A DNA stretch of 32,943 bases from an uncultured Nitrospinaceae bacterium (GTDB lineage: Bacteria; UBA8248): the NCBI GenBank assembly GCA_964005815.1, contig CAXFSR010000052.1, forward strand, positions 1-32,943, written 5' to 3'. The translations under genes were made by a program, and so were the position numbers. Below are positions 9,250-19,573 of this stretch, in pieces; within the stretch, counting starts at the first letter, position 1, and the number at the start of each line of letters is the position of its first letter. The notes beneath the pieces are model-generated. The model did no database searches. It saw nothing but the letters and a program-made list of their open reading frames with translations, and was not told the origin of the DNA.

Positions 9250-9777
9250 ATAGTAGTTATTTCCGATACGCATGGAGATTTGCCTAATCAAGTTTTAACA
9301 ACTTGTATTCATGCAGATAGAGTAATCCATGCTGGAGATATAGGTTCCGAACAAATTATCACAGATTTACAATCTTTAGTTCCTGTTACTTTTGTTCGTG
9401 GAAATATAGATCCAGTAAATGTTTTTCCTTCACAATCTAAGTTAATTTTAAAATTCTGGAAAATCTTTGTTCAACATATAGGCTGGGAAAAAGGTGAGCC
9501 AACTAAAGACCTGAAGGAAATAGTTAATTTAGATAGATATGAAATAGTTGTTTTTGGCCATAGCCATCAACCCCTATGTTTATTATTGGATGAGACTATT
9601 TATTTAAATCCCGGAAGTTGCGGGCCTAGACGTTTTAATTCTGACTGTACTTTTTCTGAGATTTTAATAGATGAAAAAAAAATAGATATCAGAATTTATA
9701 AGCTCAAGGATAAAACCGAAATATTTCTCCATAAAACTTTCAAGAAAAACAATGGCAAACTATATGATTGCAGTTGA
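9250..9777 (+). CDS. YfcE/MJ0936-family metallophosphoesterase (start uncertain)
   Basis: IVVISDTHG (upstream of the ORF-track TTG), HAGD, VRGNID, QH, GHSH, NPGS motifs. Confidence 0.88.
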   Translation: MVVISDTHGDLPNQVLTTCIHADRVIHAGDIGSEQIITDLQSLVPVTFVRGNIDPVNVFPSQSKLILKFWKIFVQHIGWEKGEPTKDLKEIVNLDRYEIVVFGHSHQPLCLLLDETIYLNPGSCGPRRFNSDCTFSEILIDEKKIDIRIYKLKDKTEIFLHKTFKKNNGKLYDCS

Positions 9778-9778
9778 C

Positions 9779-10099
9779 CTAACCACCTTTTGCAGCACGT
9801 TTTGAAGCTTTGAGTGGATTTAATTTCTTTTCTATAGGAGTTGAAAAATCAACTTTTACATGAGTTGCTACAGGACAATGACCCCTTTCCCATCTGCTTT
9901 CAGGGTTAGGAAATTTTGTGCAATATTTACCATTTGGCATATCCACAATGTTTTCGCATGCTTTGTCATCGTCTCCTTTTAAACATTCGTCTACGATAGG
10001 GATACAACCTGACTCATCGTAAGAACATCCATTCTTTCCATTTTCTCCTTTTGTAGCGAAGAAACACTCTATTTCTTTCTCTAGAATTGTGCACAGCAT
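9779..10099 (-). CDS. PxxKW-family cysteine-rich protein
   Basis: Eight Cys, YCxxFPNPESRW...CPVATHV and C-terminal KKLNPLKASKR as I recall for this family; ATG 10099 follows AAGGTGA. Confidence 0.75.
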   Translation of the reverse strand: MLCTILEKEIECFFATKGENGKNGCSYDESGCIPIVDECLKGDDDKACENIVDMPNGKYCTKFPNPESRWERGHCPVATHVKVDFSTPIEKKLNPLKASKRAAKGG

Positions 10100-10180
10100 G
10101 ATGGTCACCTTTTTTACTTGGTCCCATTCCTATCTCTGTATAAAAGAGATATTTCCGAGTCCTGGTTTGAAGATTGAACA

Positions 10181-10209
10181 TTTTTTTTTAAACTAGTCGA
10201 ATACTAAGT
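10181..10209 (-). promoter_or_regulatory. sigma70-like promoter for the PxxKW gene
   Basis: Minus strand TTGCAT (10209-10204)-N17-TAGTAT (10186-10181). Confidence 0.5.
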
Positions 10210-10329
10210 AAATCTGATTGTTAATGCAAGTTTGGATTTGACTATTTCTTTTGATTGCTAACTTGGTTTATTAGTTTTGTGTTATAAAGTGTTTTGTGCC
10301 TTTATTTTTTTATTCTTGAAAAACATTAG

Positions 10330-10680
<351 letters not shown>

Positions 10681-10698
10681 ATAGATAGAGATATAGAA

Positions 10699-13431
10699 AT
10701 GAAATCTCTTTTAGAATTATCAAATTTAGAGTCTGATATTTCTGGCAGGCTTTTTCATCCAACTGATTCTGGCAGAAGTGAGTTGATTTCTTTCTTTAAG
10801 GGGGTTCTTCATGATGGAAGAGAACTTATTAAAGAAGCTCATTTTCAAGGTTGTGGCGGATTAGAACTTTCACGGTTACGTTCTAGTTTTATCGATACTG
10901 TTCTTAAGAGTATTTGGTCTTTCGGATGTTCTTCTTCTGACAAAAAAGATTCAGGTATAAATTGTTCACTTCTTGCTATTGGTGGATTTGGAAGGGGTGA
11001 ATTGTCTCCAAATTCTGACATTGATCTGCTCTTTGTAGCTCCTGCTATTAATTCGGAAATTCATGAGTTCACACAAAAAGTTCTTTATCTTTTATGGGAT
11101 CTGGGTTTAGATTTAGGTCATAGTGTCAGGAAGATTAGTGATTGCATAGAAATTTCAAAAAAAGATTATGTTAGTCAAACCTCGATGCTTGAAAGTAGAT
11201 TGATTTCAGGCAGTCCTACAGTTTATTCAAATTTTCTGAAGAAAATGCAAATATTTCTCAAAAAAGGATATAAGGCCAATCACCTTGTGCAAAGAATTAA
11301 AGAGAGAAATGAGAGATATAGAAACTGGGATCCTTCAGTTTATGTGCAAGAGCCCAATATTAAGGAAAGTGCAGGAGGATTGCGTGACTATCATGAAGTA
11401 GTTTGGCTAGTCAAATCTTTTGGTTACAATAATTTAGAAGATATAAGCAAGAATAGACCTAAAGGAATAGAGAGTTTGATAAATGCTAGAGACTCTTATG
11501 ATTTTCTTCTGAGAATTCGATCACAGTTGCATTTTCAATCTAACTCGAAAAATGATGTATTGTCATTTTCTTCACAGATGGAAGCTGCAAAATCTCTAGG
11601 TTATGTAGATTCAGAAGCTACCTTTGCTGGCGAGTACTTAATGCAGGATTATTATCGATCTGCTAGAAATCTAAATTCATTTTGTAAGGAAATATTTGAA
11701 GATCTTGAATCGGAAGCCAAGCAGAGACGTTTTTTCGCAAAAAAAGTAACTAGAGATACAATTGAATACGGACTGATTTGGGTGGGTAGGAAGAGTTTTT
11801 CCGCAGGGGATTTTTCTGAAAATCTTAAAGGTAATCCAAATAATTTAATGTTTATCTTCGAGATAATGTATAAATATAGTTCTAATTTCAATAGTGACAT
11901 TCGTGATTTGATTCGATCATCAATTCATTTAGTAGATGATAACTTTAGGTCTTCTCTTGAAGTTAGGGAAAGTTTTTTTCGTATTCTTAATGGAAAAACT
12001 GGAGTTGCTAGAGTTTTACATGAAATGCATGAATTAGGTTTTCTGAGTGCCTATATTCCAGAGTTTGAGTCCCTAAATTGTTTTGTCCAATATGACCATT
12101 ATCATAGGTATACCGCTGATGAGCATACCTTGCTAACTCTTAATGTACTTGATGATCTCGCATATACAAAAGATGTAAATCTTAACGTTTTAGCTCATGT
12201 TTATAGAGAACTTGATCGAACATATTTACTGAGATTTGCACTACTACTTCATGATATTGGAAAGGGGAAAGGAGACAGGCATGTTCATAAAAGTGCTTCG
12301 TTGTTGCCTGAGATTATACTAAGGATGGGTCTTCCATCTGATGAAGGAAGAGTTCTGCAATTTTTAGTTTTGCATCATGTAGAAATGTCCATGACTTCTC
12401 AGAGGAGAGATTTGCAAGATTCTTCTTTAATAAGTCAGTTTGCAGAAAAAATGGAAACAAAAGAACAACTTCAAATGCTTTATCTTTTGTCTTATGCAGA
12501 TATTTCTTCAGTCGCCCCTGGCATATGGAATGACTGGCATGGAACTTTACTTTTTGATTTATATAAGAAGACTCTAGATGTTATGGAATCTGGTCAAGAA
12601 AGTAATGAAGAGAAGCACGAAATGGCGGTATTGGAACAGGTAAAGTCTAGAGCTGGCGTTAGATATGTAGATTTGAAAGAAGATGAAATAGAGAAACATC
12701 TTCAACTTATGCCAAAAAGGTATTTGGATCAGACAAATGTAGAAACTATTTTGACCCATATTGAACTCAGAAATAGGATGATACAAAGGAAAGAACTCTT
12801 CTCCATTGAAGTAATACACAAAAGGAGTGAAAACATTTCTGTTTTGACCATTGTTTGTTTTGATCGGATAGGATTATTTGGTTTGATTTCGTCAGTTTTA
12901 ACAAAACATGCAATAAATGTTTTAGACGCTAGGATTTATACTAGAGATGATGGTCTTGTTGTGGATACTTTTCAAGTTGTAAGTGCAGATGGCGGGGTTG
13001 TTGAAGATAACGAGAAGTGGGCTTTGTTTAAAGAAGATTTTTATGATGTTCTTAATGGGGGTATTGAACTTCCAAATTTGATGAGTCAGAATAAGAAGCA
13101 TTTAAAACTTAAAAAACAATTACATTTTTATATTCCTACAATCGTTGAATTTGATCTAGGAAGTAGTGAACTTGCGACTGTATTGGAAGTAATTACTCCT
13201 GATAGACATGGCCTTTTGGCAATGATTTCAAATATTTTGACAGAATCGGGTCTTTCTATTTTAAGTGCTAAGGTTTCTACACAAGGGCCAAGAGCGGTAG
13301 ATTCTTTCTATTTAACTGATCTAAATGGATTAAAAGTGAATGACAAATCTCTTTTGAATTCATTAAGTGAAGAGTTGTTTTCTATGTTAGATTTGAAAAG
13401 TTCCGAGGAGGATAGTGTATTTTTCTCGTAA
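10699..13431 (+). CDS. glnD: [protein-PII] uridylyltransferase / uridylyl-removing enzyme
   Basis: NTase GGFGRGELSPNSDIDL, EPNIKESAGGLRD, YHRYTADEH, HD motif LLHDIGKG, two ACT domains (DRIGLF, DRHGLL). Confidence 0.96.
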   Translation: MKSLLELSNLESDISGRLFHPTDSGRSELISFFKGVLHDGRELIKEAHFQGCGGLELSRLRSSFIDTVLKSIWSFGCSSSDKKDSGINCSLLAIGGFGRGELSPNSDIDLLFVAPAINSEIHEFTQKVLYLLWDLGLDLGHSVRKISDCIEISKKDYVSQTSMLESRLISGSPTVYSNFLKKMQIFLKKGYKANHLVQRIKERNERYRNWDPSVYVQEPNIKESAGGLRDYHEVVWLVKSFGYNNLEDISKNRPKGIESLINARDSYDFLLRIRSQLHFQSNSKNDVLSFSSQMEAAKSLGYVDSEATFAGEYLMQDYYRSARNLNSFCKEIFEDLESEAKQRRFFAKKVTRDTIEYGLIWVGRKSFSAGDFSENLKGNPNNLMFIFEIMYKYSSNFNSDIRDLIRSSIHLVDDNFRSSLEVRESFFRILNGKTGVARVLHEMHELGFLSAYIPEFESLNCFVQYDHYHRYTADEHTLLTLNVLDDLAYTKDVNLNVLAHVYRELDRTYLLRFALLLHDIGKGKGDRHVHKSASLLPEIILRMGLPSDEGRVLQFLVLHHVEMSMTSQRRDLQDSSLISQFAEKMETKEQLQMLYLLSYADISSVAPGIWNDWHGTLLFDLYKKTLDVMESGQESNEEKHEMAVLEQVKSRAGVRYVDLKEDEIEKHLQLMPKRYLDQTNVETILTHIELRNRMIQRKELFSIEVIHKRSENISVLTIVCFDRIGLFGLISSVLTKHAINVLDARIYTRDDGLVVDTFQVVSADGGVVEDNEKWALFKEDFYDVLNGGIELPNLMSQNKKHLKLKKQLHFYIPTIVEFDLGSSELATVLEVITPDRHGLLAMISNILTESGLSILSAKVSTQGPRAVDSFYLTDLNGLKVNDKSLLNSLSEELFSMLDLKSSEEDSVFFS

Positions 13432-13512
13432 CATTTTGGAAATAAAATTAATTTATTATCATATTAGAAATTTTTATATAGAAATAATCAATTACCTTGG
13501 AGGGTTTCAAGA

Positions 13513-14952
13513 ATGGCGGCGAAGAAAGCAAGTAGTGCAAGTGTTTCAAATGTCTTTAAAATGGCAAAAGATAGTGGTGCCCAAATGGTTGATTATCGTT
13601 TCACGGATCTTCCAGGAATGTGGCAACATTTTACATCACCTATCAAAGAATTAGAAAAAGATACTTTTGTAGATGGTGTTGGTTTTGATGGATCTAGTAT
13701 TCGTGGTTTTCAGGAAATCCAAGAGAGTGATATGTTGCTTATCCCAGATCCAAGTACTGCATTTATAGATCCTTTCATGGAAGTTCCGACACTCGTTTTG
13801 ATTTGTACTGTACAAGATCCTATTACTAGAGAGGATTATACCAGAGATCCAAGAATTGTTGCCTTGAAAGCAGAAGCATACCTTAATTCAACAGGCATTG
13901 GAGATACCGCATTTTTTGGTCCTGAGGCAGAATTCTTTGTTTTTGATGATGTTCGTTATTCTACCGCTGAGAATTATTCTTTCTATGAGGTTGATTCAGG
14001 AGAAGCTGCTTGGAATACTGGTTCGGATGAAGTCCCTAATCTTGGACATAAACTCCGTTACAAAGAAGGATATTTCCCAGTGCCTCCATCTGACAGTTTG
14101 CAGGATCTTCGTTCCGAAATGTGCCTAACAATGATGGATATTGGTTTAGATGTTGAAGTACATCATCATGAAGTTGCCACTGCAGGACAGTGTGAAATTG
14201 ATTTGAGGTTCGATACCATGGTTTCAATGGCAGATAAAATGATGAAGTACAAGTATGTGGTAAAAAACGTTGCTAATAGACATGGCAAAACTGCTACTTT
14301 CATGCCAAAACCTATTTTTATGGATAATGGGTCAGGTATGCATACACATCAAAGTGTATGGAAGAAAGGCAAAAACGTAATGTATAAGAAGGGAACATAT
14401 GGTGATCTAAGTCAGGAAGCTGTGTATTACATCGGCGGCATCCTAAAACATGCACCTTCACTTCTAGCATTTACGAATACTACTACAAATAGTTATAGAC
14501 GTTTAGTGCCTGGTTATGAAGCACCAATTAACCTTATGTACAGTTGCCGTAATAGAACCGCATGCATTAGAATTCCTACTTATTCAAATAGTGAAAAAGC
14601 AAAAAGAATTGAATTCAGATGCGCGGATGCTACAGCAAATCCATATATCGCTTTTTCCGCTATGTTGATGGCAGGGATTGACGGTATTAAAAATAAAATT
14701 CCCCCGCCTGCACCAATGGATCAGAATCTTTATGAACTTCCACCAAAACAAAAAGCTAAGGTAAAACAAACACCAGGAAGTTTGGATGCTGTGTTAGATG
14801 CATTAGAGAAGGATAACGATTATTTGGTTCAAGGAGATGTTTTTACAAAGGACTTTATTCAAAATTATATTGCGTATAAGAGAGAAAATGAAGTAGACCC
14901 AGTTAGACTTAGACCTCATCCTCATGAATTCTCATTATACTACGATATTTAA
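13513..14952 (+). CDS. glnA: glutamine synthetase type I (beta)
   Basis: [52 protein letters not shown], adenylylation motif NLYELP. Confidence 0.98.
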   Translation: MAAKKASSASVSNVFKMAKDSGAQMVDYRFTDLPGMWQHFTSPIKELEKDTFVDGVGFDGSSIRGFQEIQESDMLLIPDPSTAFIDPFMEVPTLVLICTVQDPITREDYTRDPRIVALKAEAYLNSTGIGDTAFFGPEAEFFVFDDVRYSTAENYSFYEVDSGEAAWNTGSDEVPNLGHKLRYKEGYFPVPPSDSLQDLRSEMCLTMMDIGLDVEVHHHEVATAGQCEIDLRFDTMVSMADKMMKYKYVVKNVANRHGKTATFMPKPIFMDNGSGMHTHQSVWKKGKNVMYKKGTYGDLSQEAVYYIGGILKHAPSLLAFTNTTTNSYRRLVPGYEAPINLMYSCRNRTACIRIPTYSNSEKAKRIEFRCADATANPYIAFSAMLMAGIDGIKNKIPPPAPMDQNLYELPPKQKAKVKQTPGSLDAVLDALEKDNDYLVQGDVFTKDFIQNYIAYKRENEVDPVRLRPHPHEFSLYYDI

Positions 14953-14972
14953 TTTTTCGTTTCTAATTTTTC

Positions 14973-15003
14973 CCCCTCTTCCAGCCTGGAAGAGGGGTTT
15001 TTT
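14973..15003 (+). terminator. intrinsic terminator after glnA
   Basis: CCCCTCTTCCAG-C-CTGGAAGAGGGG followed by T6. Confidence 0.85.
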
Positions 15004-15008
15004 GTAAA

Positions 15009-16187
15009 TTATAGGTATGGCATAGAACGAACTCTTTGTGCTTCGTTCGTTCCAGCAGAATGCAGAAAGCTTGTGACATCACGCAAGTATTTTTCCATGG
15101 GTGCTTCTGTCATATAACCCTTACCACCCCAAACTTCCATAGAGCGTTTTGCAATACGGAAACATGCTTCTGAACCAAAGACCTTCGCCATATAACCCAA
15201 TTTGGGATCGTATCCCTCATCACGCATAGCCATATAAGCCGCGTAATGTAAAGTTTGACGGGCTGCTTGGTAATCAATATAACAATCAGCAAGCATGAAA
15301 CCTACACCTTGATGTTCAATAATAGGTTTGCCCCCTTGAATTCGATTATGAGCATGTTTGACAGCATCTTCGTATGCGGCACGAGCTGGTCCAAGTGCAG
15401 TTGCGGCAGATTCAATGACAGATCCGCGTGAAAACGAACCAGAACGAGCTTTGACTCCTCCTCCAATCTCGGTTATTCGATTAGAGTCTGAAACTAGACA
15501 ATCTTTGAAAATTAGTTCTGCATTTTGCGAAAGACGCTGTCCCATTTTTTCGTGAATCTCTCCAATAGTGAAACCATCCATATCGGGAGAAACCATGAAA
15601 TAAGTTACACCTTCTGAAACTCCTACTTTAGGGTCGGTTCTAGTCACAAGAGTATAGAGTTTTGATATTCCGCCATTGCTGATGTAATGTTTTTTTCCGT
15701 TAATGACCCAATTGTCACCATTTTTAGTGGCACTTGTCTTGACACCAAGATCTGGGTCGTTATGTGGGTAGAAATTTTCTGAACCTACACTAGGTTCAGT
15801 CATTCCTACAGCTAGGTGAAACCTATGGTCTTCTAAAAATGCCGGTAGATATCTTGAGCGTTGTTCTTCATTCCATACTCGGTCAAGAAAATGAATAACT
15901 TTCCAAGTCTGATCAAAAGTGACAGCGATCCCTAAATCTCCCCAAGCAATTTCTTCACCAACTATACATAAATCTAAAATATTCGCACCGCCACCACCTT
16001 TTTCCTCTGAAATAGAAAGTGTGCGTAATCCCATTTTGCTCCCTTTCTCAAGTATGTCCCAAGGAAAACGCTCTACGGGATCTTGAATTTTCTCTCTTTC
16101 TAGAACAACGGGACGTATTTCATTTTCAGCGAAGTCATGTGCGATTTTTTCTAGAGTTCGTTGTTTTTCTGTCAATTCAAAATCCAT
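15009..16187 (-). CDS. acyl-CoA dehydrogenase family protein (atypical active site)
   Basis: MDFELT, MTEPSVGSE, INGKKHYISNG, EKMGQR, WGGKGYM, YLRD; C-terminal HSAGT instead of IYEGT. Confidence 0.9.
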   Translation of the reverse strand: MDFELTEKQRTLEKIAHDFAENEIRPVVLEREKIQDPVERFPWDILEKGSKMGLRTLSISEEKGGGGANILDLCIVGEEIAWGDLGIAVTFDQTWKVIHFLDRVWNEEQRSRYLPAFLEDHRFHLAVGMTEPSVGSENFYPHNDPDLGVKTSATKNGDNWVINGKKHYISNGGISKLYTLVTRTDPKVGVSEGVTYFMVSPDMDGFTIGEIHEKMGQRLSQNAELIFKDCLVSDSNRITEIGGGVKARSGSFSRGSVIESAATALGPARAAYEDAVKHAHNRIQGGKPIIEHQGVGFMLADCYIDYQAARQTLHYAAYMAMRDEGYDPKLGYMAKVFGSEACFRIAKRSMEVWGGKGYMTEAPMEKYLRDVTSFLHSAGTNEAQRVRSMPYL

Positions 16188-16215
16188 TGAATTACTCCTT
16201 TATGTTGAAACTTTT

Positions 16216-18324
16216 TCAGGAAAGATTTTTTGATAAAATTATAATATGTAATTCTTTTGGTCCATGAACACCTTTGATAGGTGTGAGTGCAATATCAGCC
16301 GAACGACTAGGCCCGGTAATTAGATTGATACAGCTTGGCGCAATAGATTTTTTCTCAAGAAGGATGTTTTTGATTTTATTCGGCAAATCATTTAAATGGT
16401 TTAGGATTTGTTTTTCTAAAACAACACAAATATGTATTTCTGGAAGCAGAGAAAACAGTCTAGGCTGTTTTTTGCTACTGAAAATAACTATAGTTCCTGT
16501 TTCCGAGATGGCCCAGTCACAAGTGGTGATCCCGATTCTAGCTTCTTTTAGAGAGTTTCTGTTGTCATCTTGAAATATTGGTTCGAGAATCTCGTTGTTT
16601 TTACTTTGGAGATTTGTTTTTATGAATTCAGGCACACTATTAGTAATTGCAATTTTAGATTCCAAAAATCTTTGAGTAATTTCATTAATAGTTTTTAAAC
16701 TTTCTTCTTTGTTGTTAACGAAATAGGATTTGCCTCCTACTGATTCGATCTCTCGCATGAAGTATTCTATAGGATTATCAATTGGAAATTCTTCTGTAGT
16801 AGATTCTTCTTCAGAACTCATTCCATGTAAGTTATGAATTCCGTGGTTTGGAATTATAGGTGTTTCAGGAGAATCATTTTTTTCTTCTATGTCTTCTTCT
16901 TTCTGCTTTTTCTTAGGTGTTTTGGTAATTAGTTCTCCTTTTTCTTCAAGGATAGTTCGGAAACTCTTTTTAGCAGGAAGAGGGAGATTTCTTTTTTGAA
17001 GCTTTCTTTTTAGAAAATCAGGTTGCCAAAGCAGTTCTCCGTTTCGGGAAAAAATATTGAAGAAAATTCTTGCTACCTTAAATCCTGTTTTCCATAGCAG
17101 AGGGAACTTCATTGAAGATGCAGCGACTTTAAAGGTTGTATTTTCTATAAGAGAATTTTCTCTTCTTTTTACTCTCTTCTTTCTCATTTCTAGAAGCATT
17201 CTAGGAATATCTACCATTACAGGGCATGCATCCATACATGCGCCGCAAAGACTGGATGCCATAGGTAATTCGTTAGAATTTTCTATCCCATTAAGCATTG
17301 GAGTCAAAATAGAACCAATTGGTCCGCCGTATACGGAGTTATATACGTGTCCACCAACAGTCTGGAAAACAGGGCATGCATTCTGGCATGCGCCACAACG
17401 AATACAATGGAATGCTTCTTGAAAAGGTCCTCCTAAATGTTGAGTTCTTCCTCCGTCTATAATAACTAAATGAATTTCCTGTGGGCCGTCCGATTCCATT
17501 CTTTTTTTTGCTCCGGTGAGCAAAGTGAAATAAGAAGTTAATTTTTGTCCTGTAGCACTTCTAGGGAGAACGGATAAAAGAGTGAAGGCATCTTCAATAG
17601 TAGGGACAATCTTTTCTATTCCCATAATGCCAATATGTATTTTTGGAAGAGTTGTTACCATTCTTGCATTGCCTTCATTCGTAACAAGACAAATTGTTCC
17701 GGTTTCTGAAACAGCAAAATTGACACCCGTTATCCCTAATTCTGCATTCAGGAATTCAGTACGAATTTTCTTTCTTGCTATGGCGGTTAGTGTTTCAGGG
17801 TCTTCGTCTATGTTAGGTTCAACCTTTTTCCTAAAAAGTTCAGTTACTTGTCCTAATGTTTTATGTATTGCAGGTGCAACCAAGTGGCTTGGAGTTTCAT
17901 GTGCGAGTTGTAAAATCCATTCCCCTAAGTCAGTTTCAACAGGTTTGATGCCCGCATCTTCTAAAGCTTCATTTAAATGCAACTCCTCTGAGGCCATAGA
18001 TTTACTTTTCACTGCAGTTTTTGTGTTGTTCTGTTTTGCGATGCTCAAAATTTTTGTTTTTGCATCATCGGCTGTATCTGCAAAATGAATATGAACACCA
18101 TTCTCTTCTAGTTTTCGAATAAGATTTTTTAGATGTGTATCAATATTGTCAAAGGTGTCTTGCCTGATTTTTCTGGCACGTCTTCGCAATGCGTCTGGGG
18201 AGACAATTGTCTTGAAACTGTTAGCTCTTAATTCTGCAAATCTGCTTGTTGCAATATGCAGTGCATCCTGCAGATGAGGGTTTGAAATTGCAGAATGAGC
18301 TCTTTTGTTAAAATTGTTTTTCAA
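16216..18324 (-). CDS. lutB: LutB/LldF Fe-S protein fused to a LutC/LldG LUD domain
   Basis: VKSKSMASEE, ETDLGEWI, PSHLVAPAIH, TNEGN, CIRCGACQNACP, SSLCGACMDACPV; after a charged linker, ISETGT, SLLPEIHI, ITGPSRSADI..GVHGP. TTG start overlaps the lutA stop. Confidence 0.9.
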   Translation of the reverse strand: MKNNFNKRAHSAISNPHLQDALHIATSRFAELRANSFKTIVSPDALRRRARKIRQDTFDNIDTHLKNLIRKLEENGVHIHFADTADDAKTKILSIAKQNNTKTAVKSKSMASEELHLNEALEDAGIKPVETDLGEWILQLAHETPSHLVAPAIHKTLGQVTELFRKKVEPNIDEDPETLTAIARKKIRTEFLNAELGITGVNFAVSETGTICLVTNEGNARMVTTLPKIHIGIMGIEKIVPTIEDAFTLLSVLPRSATGQKLTSYFTLLTGAKKRMESDGPQEIHLVIIDGGRTQHLGGPFQEAFHCIRCGACQNACPVFQTVGGHVYNSVYGGPIGSILTPMLNGIENSNELPMASSLCGACMDACPVMVDIPRMLLEMRKKRVKRRENSLIENTTFKVAASSMKFPLLWKTGFKVARIFFNIFSRNGELLWQPDFLKRKLQKRNLPLPAKKSFRTILEEKGELITKTPKKKQKEEDIEEKNDSPETPIIPNHGIHNLHGMSSEEESTTEEFPIDNPIEYFMREIESVGGKSYFVNNKEESLKTINEITQRFLESKIAITNSVPEFIKTNLQSKNNEILEPIFQDDNRNSLKEARIGITTCDWAISETGTIVIFSSKKQPRLFSLLPEIHICVVLEKQILNHLNDLPNKIKNILLEKKSIAPSCINLITGPSRSADIALTPIKGVHGPKELHIIILSKNLS

Positions 18325-19064
18325 GTTTTTTCTTCCTTAGGCCATCCTGGTTTTCCAGGGCCTACAAGAGCTTGTGCAATGTGGAGAATTTTAGAATTAC
18401 ATTTTCTTTTTTTGAGGCCGCTTTCAATTTGTAGAATACATCCAGCATCTGCTGCTACAATCCAGTCTGCATCAGTTTTTTCTATTTTTTCAATTTTTTG
18501 ATCCAACATTTCAGAAGATATTTCAGGAAATTTTATGCAGAAGGAACCACCAAATCCACAACATCTATCTGAATCTTCTAGTTCTACTACTTCTTTACAA
18601 CTGTTTTCTAGGCATTTCCTAGGTGATACGCTTTCTCCAAGTCCACGCAGGAGATGACAGGAGTCGTGATACGTAGTTTTGCCAGGCAATAATTTTTTAT
18701 TCTGTAACAGATCATTTTTGTTTAAGAATTGAGTTAATTCAATGACTCTTTCAGAAATTTTCACAGCTTTCTTGTAAAGATGTGGTTGATCTGTAAAAAG
18801 TGTGGGCAAGACATTTTTTAACATCCAACAACAAGAACCTGATGGAACAATGATCGGGCCTTCTCCTTCAAGTGAATCAAGTTGTTTTTTAAGAACTTCA
18901 GCCGCATCTTCTTGGTACCCATTGTTATAATGGGGTAGGCCACAACAAGTTATAGTTTCTGGATAGTATATTTCTTCTCCAGTCTTTTTAAGGAGATAAA
19001 ATACAGATTCTCCTACTTCTGGCAAAAGTTGTTCTACGATACATGTCGCATATAATGTAATCAT
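18321..19064 (-). CDS. lutA: LutA/LldE CCG-domain Fe-S protein
   Basis: LYATC, TCCGLP, PSGSC, YHDSCH, CCGFGGSF, DAGCILQI. Confidence 0.9.
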   Translation of the reverse strand: MITLYATCIVEQLLPEVGESVFYLLKKTGEEIYYPETITCCGLPHYNNGYQEDAAEVLKKQLDSLEGEGPIIVPSGSCCWMLKNVLPTLFTDQPHLYKKAVKISERVIELTQFLNKNDLLQNKKLLPGKTTYHDSCHLLRGLGESVSPRKCLENSCKEVVELEDSDRCCGFGGSFCIKFPEISSEMLDQKIEKIEKTDADWIVAADAGCILQIESGLKKRKCNSKILHIAQALVGPGKPGWPKEEKT

Positions 19065-19210
19065 TGTAATGTGACTTTCTATATATTATAAAAAAAAATA
19101 AAATCCATTCTAACTTAGAGCTTAGGAAATATTCAAAATATTTCTCAAATTCGTTGATGCTTTTGTCTTTTTAATGATAGCTTGGATTTTTAATGAAAAG
19201 GTGAAATCGA

Positions 19211-19552
19211 ATGTTTGAAAAAAAAAGATATGTAATGGTTTGTACAAATGAGAGAGTTTCTGACCATCCTAAGGGTAGTTGTGCACAATGCAATTCTGTT
19301 GAAATTAGAACTATGCTGAAAGAAGAATTAGAAAAACAGAATTTAAAAGGAAAGGCTCGAATTTTAGGGACAACTTGTATGGATGTTTGCGAGCACGGAG
19401 CAGTTCTTTGTGTAATGCCAGATAATATTTGGTATGGGGGTGTTCAAGTTAAAGACGTAAAAGAGATTGTCGATGTTCATTTGATTAACGGAAAAGTTGT
19501 AGAAAGGCTTCAAATTCCGAAAGAAAATAGTGGGTTGAGCCTTTTCGAATAG
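19211..19552 (+). CDS. thioredoxin-like [2Fe-2S] ferredoxin
   Basis: VCTNER...GSC, TTCMDVCEHG, PDNIWY, IVDVHLINGKVVERL. Confidence 0.88.
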   Translation: MFEKKRYVMVCTNERVSDHPKGSCAQCNSVEIRTMLKEELEKQNLKGKARILGTTCMDVCEHGAVLCVMPDNIWYGGVQVKDVKEIVDVHLINGKVVERLQIPKENSGLSLFE

Positions 19553-19573
19553 TTTTTTTAGAAGGAGTTTTTT

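Noticed and set aside
19084..19103. Long A/T homopolymers here and at 102-110, 1618-1626 and 10161-10180 as contingency loci
   Set aside because: Such runs are expected in AT-rich intergenic DNA, unlike the C9 tract.
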